Source of the DNA: Toensbergia leucococca | Taxonomy: Eukaryota | Direction: 5' to 3' | NCBI GenBank assembly: GCA_022813965.1 | Contig: JALDZS010000112.1 | Coordinates: forward strand, 1-64,000 | DNA: 64,000 nucleotides | Shown: positions 25,935 through 37,083 of the stretch, one piece after another | Numbering within the stretch: the first letter of the stretch is position 1 | How the letters are laid out: each line of letters starts with the position of its first letter | Position numbers and translations under genes: made by a program | Notes under the pieces: generated by a model | Seen by the model: only the letters and a program-made list of their open reading frames with translations | Databases searched by the model: none | Told to the model about the DNA's origin: nothing

Positions 25935-27478
25935 TGTGCTTGAAAGACGTCTTTGGGTTGGACTAGTAAGCATGTATCTTAGCACGAGTAGGGAGGAGTA
26001 GGATGACCTTGGCTATCCGAGTGTAGGGAAAGTGTTGGAAATGACCTTCTCCTTTAAGCAGGTTTGTAGTCTGGTCAACAAAGAGACCATGGTTCGACTC
26101 ATGCAGAGCTGCGAGACAACTTCCTTATTTGTTATAAAAAAAAAAGAAATAGCACGATGAAGCTCACCGCGTTTTGTTATTAGGATCTATCATCCAATAC
26201 CAACAGTGCGGTCTATAGTACAGATGTAGGCCATTGCCCATCATTTGACATGTCGCATGGAACCTAGTGAAAGAGGATTCCGGGATGAAGCATGAGGCAG
26301 CCACGGATATGGATTTGCGTCAGTAAATCTCTGCGGCATCATATCTTCAACCTTCATGTATGCTCAATTGTCCAGGTACATGAACTTGGATCATTTTTAG
26401 ATGCTCGGATCGAGAATTGATATAATCGATCCAAACTCTCCTTACGCAGGGCATAGTTCTGGTTAAAGCATATGAAGCAGGACTAATTTTTAGATATAGT
26501 GTGCAAATTGTTTGCCTCAATCGGACACGTACATGATGAAGAAGCGCTTTGAAGCTGGGTTCAAGCATGGGCTTGGAGGCCCCGAAGTTTGACTGCGTCA
26601 GCCCGTCCAATGCAGCGCCATCTTTAAGAAGATCAGAAAGCGAGCCTAAGCCTTGAAAGATGCTTAGCGAAAAGGACACGACGAAATCTAGATCACAAAA
26701 CCTCCCTCCGATGTTGTAAAATTACAAAGTCTTGATATGGAAGTGGATTCGCAAGGATTCGCAACGATCCGCAGAAGGTACAACAAGAAGACATATCAGC
26801 TCCTGACCAATCCGTCGACTGTATTTACAAGATACGGATGAGTTGAGATGACTCCGTTTCCACGGCTTGCTGAAACCGTAATTGGCCCTGTGATTCAGCA
26901 TTTTCAGGAGCTATCCATAGGGAAATGAAGCCCAAGGCATTCTGTAGATCTCATAGCCGCAGATTCAGTCGACTGGAGAAAAAATGCCTTCAATTTTGAA
27001 TGGATTCTTATGGAATACAACAGGTCCTGTCCTTGCATCTCTCAGCGTTGGAGATTTAGGAGCTTCAATGTGATTTCATCAATATTTTGGCGTCCACGGA
27101 AGAAATGACTCCGATTACCATTGACACTATCGGCCGGGATTCTGGACATAAACATATCGCGTGACAAGGCTAAGACATCTCTCTGAGATTCTGGGGAGAT
27201 GTCGAGTAAGTTCTCCAATTAGCAGCTGCCAGTCCTGAGAAGAGCAGTTGGCGACTCAACACTAGTGACGGTCTTGGCAAGCTTAAGCATCCGTACTTTG
27301 CTAGATCTTCACCATCAGTCTTGACTTCCCGTATAGAAGCAGTACGGACTTGTTTGGGCTGATTCGTGAGGCGCGGCCGAAGATGGCGTTTCAAAATTAC
27401 CACGCTAAGGAACTACGCTGTATTCTATTCTATGGATTGCGTTATGAAAAATTTAATTAAACTGTATGATATCCACCC

Positions 27479-30095
27479 ATGGCGTTCTTGCTACCCTATC
27501 GAGGCCAGGAAGATGATTTTGTGCTTACCATATCTGACGATGATCAAGACATTCCATTATTAGATGACGAGGAAGAAGTTCCTGCTCTTGAAGCCACAAC
27601 GAAAAAGGTCCCCCGTGGAGGAAAGAAGCGCAAGCGAGGTGGAGATAGTGTGCAAAGCTTCGACGACTCCAAAAACAATGGGTCGAGGAAGAAAGCGAAG
27701 AAGAGCAAAAGTCTCAGAGAGAATGCGGCGATTCCTACTGAAAGCACTGATTTAGAAGAGGAAGACCAGTCCTGGGCGGCGGGAGGTGAGGATGATGGGG
27801 CTATGGATTCAGATTTCGAGTTCCAGATAGGGGACGTTGATACCGGTGTTTTTGATGACTTTGATGGCTGGGGACTAAGTAGTGTCATGAAGCCTTCTGC
27901 GGTTCATGGAAATAAGAAAGGTGTTGATATTGATGCCCTTATAGCCCGGCGCAGGACGGGCGAGCAGGAGCAAGAGAAAGTGGGCACCAACATAAAGACA
28001 AACGGTATGGATGTCGAGACTTTAGAGACTGACTCGGATCGGGAGGAGGACTTGGCTTTGGCAACGGATGATCATGAAGTTACGGACGATGAGGCCGACG
28101 AATTCGGAGAAGAGGATGAGACTTTAGCAGCGGATGGATTTGGTATGGGGGCCGTCGATGATGATGAGGACGTCGAAGATGGTGGTATGACTAGCGACCA
28201 AGATACAGATCCCGCTTCAGATGATGACTCTGTTGCCGCCCCTGTCCCTCACCCAGACGATGTTCAACTAGATGCCTCGCTATCAGAAGATGAGGACAAC
28301 TTTAGAGAGCGGGAGCGTCGAGAGGCATTTTTCGCACCTGATGAGAAAATCACCAAGTCTAACTCTACTAAAGACCTGTCGTCAGGCTCCTTCCAAACCA
28401 TGTCCCTTTCTAGGCCTATTCTTCGAGGTCTTGCTTCAGTCGGCTTCTCAGAGCCAACGCCCATACAGAAGAAAACTATCCCCATAGCACTACTAGGGAA
28501 AGACGTCGTTGGTGGTGCTGTAACAGGATCTGGGAAAACCGCTGCTTTCATTATACCTATTCTAGAACGCTTGCTCTACCGCCCTAAGAAAGTGCCTACC
28601 AGCCGAGTAGCCATTCTAATGCCTACCAGAGAATTAGCAGTGCAATGTTTCAATGTTGCCAAGAAGCTCGCCAATTTCACAGACGTTACTTTCTGCCAGC
28701 TGGTGGGAGGGTTCAGTCTCCGAGAGCAAGAGAATATACTGAGGAGCAGACCAGATGTCATTATTGCAACGCCAGGACGTTTTATTGATCATATGCGAAA
28801 CTCAGCTAGCTTTACGGTAGATACTCTAGAGATTCTAGTGCTCGACGAAGCAGATCGGATGCTAGAAGATGGATTTGCAGACGAACTCAATGAGATTTTG
28901 ACAACCATCCCGAAGTCCAGGCAGACCATGCTCTTTTCTGCCACCATGACTGATAGCATCGATAAGTTGATTAGAGTTGGTCTCAACAAGCCAGTGCGAC
29001 TGTTGGTTGATGCTAGAAAACAAACTGTCGGAACCTTGGTCCAAGAGTTCGTACGATTGCGCCCAGGGAGGGAAGACAAGCGATTAGGATACTTGATGCA
29101 TCTCTGCGAAAACATATTCAGTGACAGAGTTATCATCTTCTTTCGCCAAAAGAAGGAAGCTCATCGTGTGCGGGTGGTGTTCGGCCTCTGCGGCCTCAAA
29201 GCTGCGGAGCTCCATGGGAGTATGAGCCAAGAGCAGGTAGGCTTTGCCGCACCCTCTCTACCGAAACATGAGCAGCCACAATCAGTTGCTAATCGTCCTA
29301 CAGCGTATTTCAAGTATAGAAGCATTCCGAGACGGCAAGGTCTCCTTCCTCCTAGCAACAGACGTTGCCTCCCGAGGTCTCGATATTAAAGGCGTCGAAA
29401 CAGTCATCAATTACGAAGCGCCTCAATCCCATGAAATCTACCTCCACCGCGTCGGCCGTACTGCACGCGCCGGCCGCACTGGGAGATCCTGCACCATAGC
29501 CGCGGAACCCGACCGCAAAGTCGTCAAAGCGGCCGTTAAATCCGGCAAAGCGCAGGGAGCCAAGATTGTCAGCCGGGTGGTTGAATCAGGCGTTGCTGAT
29601 GCGTGGGCGAAGAAGATTGATGATATGCGAGAGGAGATTGAGGAGATTCTAAAGGAGGAAAAGGAAGAAAAGCAACTGTCGCAGGCGGAGATGCAGGTCC
29701 GCCGCGGCGAGAATATCATGGGGCATGAGGAGGAGATTATGGCGAGGCCGCGGCGGACGTGGTTTGAGAGCGAGAAGGAGAAGATGGTTGCGAAGAAGAG
29801 TGGCGCGGTGGAGTTGAATGGGGTGGGGGGGAAGGAGAAGAGGAAGTTGAGTGGGAAGGATAAGAAGAGGTTGGATGATTCGAGGGAGAGGGGGGAGGGG
29901 AAGGTGTGGAAGAAGGGAAAGGGAGAAAGGGGTGAGAAGGCTGGGAAGGCGAAGGAGAGGGGGAAGAGTGGTAGGGGAATGGGAGATGGGGTGAAAGGGA
30001 GGGGACGTGCGAGGGGACGTGCGAGAGGAGGTGGGACGAGGGGAAGGGGAGATTCGAGGGGTGGTGGGGCGAGAGGAAGGGGTGGTAGGAGATGA
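27479..30095 (+). CDS. DRS1: DEAD-box RNA helicase Drs1 (60S biogenesis), 2 exons
   Basis: N-terminal [37 protein letters not shown] and [12 protein letters not shown]. Intron at 29237-29303. The tail is K/RGG-rich. Confidence 0.95.
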
Positions 30096-31027
30096 TGGTT
30101 GCTGTATGCTGTTGCTTAAAAGTTACCATACCCTTATACCAAAAAATGCTTAAAAGTCCACCTGCACAGCTTTCCATCGTTGGGAACATCTCAGCCCTCA
30201 AATCCTGCATCGTACATCCTGCCTCTGCCCTTTCCTCATACGCGACCTCTCTCAACTACACGTTGCCCTTAACCGAGTCTGCACACCTGGTGCACCAGCC
30301 ATCTTGAGATCAGAAAAACCCTAAATTCCTCATACACTGTCATCTTCCAGCCCCGTTACTGTGGATTTGCCGCTCTGTGTATTCTTTTCTATGGCCAACA
30401 ATATAGTTCATCGAAAAGAGACGTCTACGGCAATAGATGAGAGCCAGGTTTATGGAAGAGATGGGATGGGAAGAGCGAGGGCCAGAGCGGAGAACACTGG
30501 GGTAAATCCTTCGTTGTTCAGGGAACTACAGCAATATATAGTATTCTAGAGGGGCTAACAGATAAATAGCGGCGAAGAGACATCGCAATCTTCAAGGATC
30601 ATTGATCCAAAATCACCACCAATCTCACGCATCACGGGGCAGCAAATCTGGGTTTTATGTAATTTTTTCTAAATCGCAGCAAAGCTAGGTACAATCCTGT
30701 ATCTTGACCAGTAAAGAAGAAGAAGATAAAAACACGAGGAGGAAAAGAAAGCCATAAAGCATGCCAGTGGTCTGATAGCTTCCACGGTTTACCGCTGTTT
30801 TGACGTGCTACTTGAAGGGTGTGTCAATGCTTGGGTATATCCAGGTGTATGAGTCCCCAGTGGGGGCTCTACCCGGCCGTGCGTGATGGGAATTTTCTCC
30901 TCTGTGTTTCGCAAAAAAAAAAAAAAATTTGAAATTGAATGTGCTGCCATGTACTGGATGGAGGTACTAGGTAAATTGAAAACTGGGGTACCAAATTAAA
31001 ACACGGGTGTGAGTATCTAGGCTCTGG

Positions 31028-34000
31028 CTAGAAAAGTCCTGGCAGTGCTCCGTCTAGTCGTGATGATTCTTGAGATTTCTGGCCATGGAAGAGTGTTCGT
31101 GCTTTGCATCGCCTTAACAAGTATCGCGGGCACCAACTTGGTAATTTCCGGTTTTCAGAATGAGCTGCCCCATGTTGAGTCTATTCGCCATTAGCCAGGT
31201 TCTCGACAGATCTCACGGAGGAAACTTGCTCTTGGCGCAGCTTGTATGCAATCAACGGCACAGTCCCAGTCTGCTCAAAATCCCACTGAGCTAACCACGC
31301 CTTTTTCCATTGGAAATCGGTATCGTCCTTGGCTGGGTAGAGAATATTGACAATGACGTTGTAGATGAACCTTGGACCGCCCATTTCATATCTGTTTTGG
31401 TCATGGGCACAGAAATCTGTCCCATTGCGAGATGTGTAGAAAGGATCCAAAGAGGTCAGCATTCTATCAACCAAGGTCTTACCGATCCCTTGGCGCAGGT
31501 ACGAATTCGCAACCCAGAACTGGAGCTCGCAGGTGTAACGATAGGCATTGTCCATGGCACCGTGATCCTCTGCATACGCGAAGCCGACAATGACCTCCGC
31601 TACTATGCGGCGATTGCCTTGGTTCTTCAATACTGCCACCAAGAAGGCATACTTCTCCGCCGCTGCGCTTTCCCAACGTCCCCGCCACTGAGCTTCATCC
31701 ATCGGCAATTGTTCGGCAGCTAAAACTGAATTAGCAACATAATAGTTGTAGATGTCGGCGATTTGGCGCATATCCGATCTCTGAGCTGGACGAATAAAGA
31801 TATTGGCAAGAGGAACATGCGGGTTAGGAGGAGGCACATAATTCTCGTCGCGACGTCTGATTGCTTCGCGGACCCATCGCTTCTCTTCCTTCAGTTCCTT
31901 CTTGGTCATCCTACGTTCCTTGTTGAATGCTTTTGCAGACTTAGCGGCAGTTTGTTCGGCTTTTTCGTGTGTCATGGGATCATCAGGGCGGATTGTTTCA
32001 TGATCCTCCTGATTGATCGGACTACTGAGGACTGCATATCCTCCCGCGAGTTCTTCGCCAGTCAGGAAGCTAGGCTTGCTCTTGTCGACAAGTACAGGAC
32101 GGTCCAATGCCTCTTGTGTTCTATCATTCATCCAATTCTCCATGAATGCTATGTGTCGCCTATCATTGTTATCAAAACTAGGCCGAACATCCCATTCAAC
32201 AGGTGCTGGCCGCCAGCCTCCATCCCAAGGCTGAGCGAGCTCATGCTCATATTCGAGTTTGTCTTTCTTTAGGGGCGCCCCATTAAGTCCGGGGTTGACT
32301 GCTGGCCCCGTGTCCACGGACACATTCTTGACTGTTCCCCATGCATTGCTGTCCGGTTCTGATGCAGGCTTTGTCTTCAATATCTTCACACCTTTGAACG
32401 GGTGTCGACTATTAGTCACATGTGGCAGCGTTTGCTTTTGCTGATTAACTGGCACGCCCTGGACAGCCAAAGAGACTTGGTCTGAATGTGAAAATACAGC
32501 CGCACGGCCCTTCCCCTTTGTATCCTGGGGGCTCTGCTGGACTTTGGCTTTCGGAGCACCTGGCTGGCTTACTTCAGCTCCTTGCGCGTTATTTTGTTGA
32601 AGAGACGCTTTTGCCTTGGCTAGCTCCGATTCTGTCATCCGTAAATGAGGTGCAAGGCCCCTCTGTTGCTCTTCGAGATCCATGACTGAAACATTCAGTA
32701 CCTCAACATGATCTGGAACTTGATTGGAAGCCTCCATTTTTTGAGTGACAGGCGTGCGCAAAGGAGGATGGATCATCTTGCAGTTGGCGTCAGCTCTAGC
32801 CAGTGGCACAGATCTCGGTATTACGTTAGCTTCCTGGGACCGCGAATACGACTGAAGCTCAGTTCTTGGGAGGTTGTCCCAATTGATCCTACGTTGATGG
32901 ATAGGCGTAGTCCAATCATGATGAGCCATGAGTCTCTTTGTGAGCTCCTCTTCTTCGTTGTTACATAATGCGGGAGTTCTCAGCTCGTCGTTACGTGGCG
33001 TCTTGTTCATCCAAGTCCCAATAGCAACTGACCGAAACTTAGGTGGATCTTGACGTCTTGGAATTGCGACATTCTCGCGGGGGTGTTTCTGTTTGCTAAT
33101 CGGATTTACTGGAATAGTAATTTTACCTTCACCTAGCTCGATATTTGAAGCCACATTTGAAACCAATGGAGTAGTGTTGGTAGGCCCGCAGACGTCTTGT
33201 TGAATCTTCGCAGCAGAGGTGGTAGAGGTGGTTGCAGCAGCATGGGTGTTGAGTTGAATTTTCTCATGAGACTTAGAGTCTTGTTGAGCTTTCGTAGTAG
33301 AGATAGTTGTAGCTGCAGGGGCGTCAAGTTCGCCTTTCTCGTGAGGCCCGGAGACAGACAGCGCTGGAAGAGATGCCTGAAATGTTTGGTCTCGGTCCTG
33401 TGGCTGGAAGCCACGGAGACGCCTTGAAGCAGGTGCAGTTTCAAAATCGTGCTCAAAATTTCCGCCGTCGTTGGATGCTTGGCCATCAGCGTTGACTCGA
33501 GTAATGCCAGCACCTAAATTACATAGTGGTCGATCAGCAGGTCGTACATATAGTAGGGCTGATGTGGATTAAATTACCTCGTGCTCGACCACTACGTCGG
33601 CCACGGCCTGATCCTCGCAGTCCAACGTTCATCGTATAAGGTTGATGATTTGGAGGCGAGAGTGTAGCATTAGTCGCTGCAGCTGCCTGGCTCTTGTTGT
33701 CAGGAAGTGGATGTTTGTCGATGTTTGGAGTTGAAATTGAGTTTGTGTAAGGTTGAGACGGATGTGAGGGCTTCGCGTAATTGGCGCCGTCCTGTTGACC
33801 TACGGGAACTCTCGACTTTTTACGTCCGGACTTCTGCAATTTCCACGCAGGCTTCACCTTTTCATTGGTAGTGGTTTCTTGCACCGATGATGTTTTGGCT
33901 TCAAGTGCAAATGAAGATTCAGTCGGTTGTGCAAGTGACAAAACGGTTGAAGGTCCAACCGATCGATTCACCTCAATGCTCGGCTTCGCTTTCAAGACGG

Positions 34001-35339
34001 CGGCGGCCACAGATGAATTCTCGGCGACATTCTTGTCTGCTTCACTGGAAGACGACGGAATGACGAAGAAATCTATGCCTTCAAAGAAGTGGGAAGTGTT
34101 AGCTAGGATTTTCCAAGCATTAAGGGAAGGTGCTTTGGCAGAAGACAAAGCGTCAAGGACAATCGTCTCTCCATTCATGAAAGACATGGCGAGGGTATCA
34201 TCAGAAGCAAGCGTGCCAGCTGTGGGTTTGCCTGCGTCAGGTTGAGACGCTGGTGTTATTGAGTGAAAAGGGGTTTCAGCTGGTGTGGTTGCAGGAAAAC
34301 GAGACCCAGCTGTTGTAGCTGTATAAGAAGGAGGTGCACTTGTGGTAGCTGCGTGGAAAGAGGATGCTTTGTTGTTGTTTTGCGTACCTGATTTCGGGTA
34401 TTGCTGTCGAGCTAAGGAAACATTGTTATCTCGGCGTCGCCAATTGCCACCACCACCCATCTTACCCCGGTATCGGCCACCGTGAGGCCTCCATCTGCCT
34501 TGTGACTCTTCCTTCTGTTCATTTACTTTCACTCCTTCAGCATCTTGGATATGGCGGGTGCCAGGATGATCCAGTCCTAAGTCCTTCTGAGCCGTGCTCT
34601 GCAAAGCGAACACAACTTCGGTTCGCTGGATTTCATCAGGTTCCAGAAGTCGACTACTATTGTTTCCCTGGTTGCTTTCAATCTCTAGTGTCTGATTTGC
34701 GCTTTGTATAGCTGTACCATCTCCCCCTGAATTGTCCTTGGCATCGTTGTCTGGCCTCTCTGGTATCTTGTTTGATTTCCCTGCGGCCACCTCATGAACT
34801 GCCCCTATCCATGGCTCATCACTTGACGTGTTTGGAAAATTCATAATATCATGCTGAAATATGGGCCATCGGTAGTCCACAGACACTCCAACTGCGCTCG
34901 TTTTGGGGGTTTCGTCTGTTTCGTTCGGAGATGATGCGATCTCTCTTTCAGAAAGAGAGCTTGAGCTTCCTGCAGCCGCTATGGTAGCTGCCTTCGTCTT
35001 TGAACCCTCCGAAAACACTTTCCCAGGAGACGCGTTGTCTTGTGGAGAACTATGGCCTGGGTTCTCAGTAATTACATCAACTATAACGTTGCTTGATGAT
35101 TCTATTGTGAGCTCGGCGGGAGATGATGCAGCATCTTGCTCGGATGGAGAGTTGGTGATTTGGGCAGTTACATCCAGCGCTGTTTCCATCTCTAGACTTT
35201 CTTTTGGTTCTTCTTGTGAAGGCGCATTGGGTTCTTCAAATTTTGGGTGCGATGTTTCTGTAGTGGTGTTCATGACCATGTTAATCTCCGACCCCTTTTT
35301 TGAAGTATGCTGCAGCTGCGCAATATCTTGAAGAGACAT
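31028..35339 (-). CDS. Large protein with long low-complexity N-terminus and C-terminal GNAT N-acetyltransferase domain (3 exons predicted)
   Basis: An intron at ~33514-33577 joins the two long ORFs in frame. The GNAT domain shows IRPAQRSDMRQIADIYNYYV, IVGFAY and the acetyl-CoA motif RQGIGKTL. The 3' end depends on a predicted GC-AG intron, and the start codon is uncertain. Confidence 0.78.
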
Positions 35340-35799
35340 TAAGCGTGTGTAGAAAGTCTTGGGGCTGAGCGCATATATTTCAAAAGGATTTCGTGAAATA
35401 ATGAATATCTGCAGCGTATATATTAGCTTAATTCCTTTGGTCAAGACAGCATGTTATCTCTACGATGTTATAAGTGATTTAAAATCACTGTAAAATCAGA
35501 ATGACCGCAATGATGAGGGCTAAGTTCTGATTTCAGACGCTGAGAACAATTAGGGCAAACTGCGAAGGAATTTCAAGCAGACAAGATATTTCGATTCTGT
35601 GAGCAAGAGTTAAGACTTATATGATGTGACATAACTTCATTGATCAAGAAAGATTTTCAAGTCTGGGTGTTGAGGTTGCTGAGAATGAGGGTGAGAGAAG
35701 GTGCAAGCGCATAGGAATACTGTTCTTTTGAGATGAACCGGCCGAAGCCTATCCACCTCCACTTTCTATTCACACTTACTTGAGCGAATTCACTCCATC

Positions 35800-36605
35800 A
35801 TGCTTTCAATACTGCGGAAAGCCCGGTTAAGGGACAAAGAGATGCGGATCTTGATGCTGTATGGGAAGGCCATCCAGAGTCAAATGTTGCTGACCTGCTT
35901 TAGGGGTCTGGACAACGCAGGCAAAACGACGATTGTGAAGAGAATCATGAACGAAGATGTCAATACTGTCAGCCCGACCCTGGGTTTTATAATCAAGACG
36001 GTTGATTACGAGGGGTCAGTGAAAAGGCCTTTTCTTTATGCTTCCTAATTAACGTTGAACGAAAAGCTACAAACTCAATATATGTATGACAGCTGCGGCC
36101 TCCTTTACTGAAATGCTTCTGACGGTATGTTATGGCCCAGGGGATGTGGGAGGGCAGAAGACATTGCGATCATACTGGAGGAACTACTTCGAAAAGACAG
36201 ATTCCTTGATATGGGTCGTTGATGCGACGGACCGCCTACGAATCGAGGATTGTAGAGAGGAACTCGCAGGATTACTGCTTGAAGAGGTCAGTACCCCATA
36301 GCCTGGAAGGTGGCGTGTCGCGGCGCTCATTGCTGAAAAGCGCTTGATGGGAGCTAGTCTCCTGGTCTTCTCCAACAAAACGGACGTGAGTGGATGCATG
36401 AGCCACGATGAGATACGAGAGGTGATGGATGCACTCGATACGTGAAACAATAGCCGGATTGACAAGTACACAGGGTCTCCAGCTTGATGCGATCAAGACG
36501 CACAGATGGACCATTGTTCCTTGCAGCGCCATTACGGGAGCCAACCTTAGCCAAGGGCTCGAATGGGTCGTTCAAGATGCCAAAGACAGACTTTTCTTGT
36601 ACTGA
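35800..36605 (+). CDS. ARL2: ADP-ribosylation factor-like GTPase Arl2 (Cin4/Alp41), 6 exons
   Basis: [51 protein letters not shown] and CSAITG. Includes a 17-nt microexon at 36067-36083. Confidence 0.95.
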
Positions 36606-37083
36606 AGTGTAGCAAACACCACCTTACTCGAAATACACTTCTAGTCTTTGTATTTAGGGTTTGGTTCAATGTTCACCTATGATATCAACGCTATCCTAGT
36701 CCCGATTCGTCACGTCTAGAGTCAGAAAGAATCTACAATGGGCCTAGTGGAGGAGTGCTTTCGCGAATTGTAATTCACAGTTATTTTACCTTTCATTTTT
36801 CTATCAAGGGACATTGTTTGAAGTATGAAGGCTCAAACTTTCGTAGATTGATTAACACAAGCTTCGTTACAGTGCAAAGGTCAATCAAGATATTGATAAA
36901 CATTGATAGCCTCCATCGTTCCTGCATCCCTGCAAGTTAGCGAGCTAGAAGTTAAATACGTCTTTACTCTACGAGTCTACCTACTCGCTCCAGTCGCTCG
37001 TGCATGTACGGCGTACTTGTAGATCTTATTTACCAGCACCAGTCGATCCCTCTTATCCCAGGCCACCCGGCGCATTGTGCGAA

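Noticed and set aside
26347..27403. Short ORFs, a GATTCGCAA-type tandem repeat and a small hairpin (27174-27203) between the dynamin and DRS1
   Set aside because: No protein similarity that I can recognise. The repeat and hairpin are short enough to be chance.
29737..30255. 172-aa P/S/H-rich antisense ORF, and similar shadow ORFs such as 217-549 and 10158-10670
   Set aside because: These are antisense or alternative-frame shadows of real genes with skewed composition.
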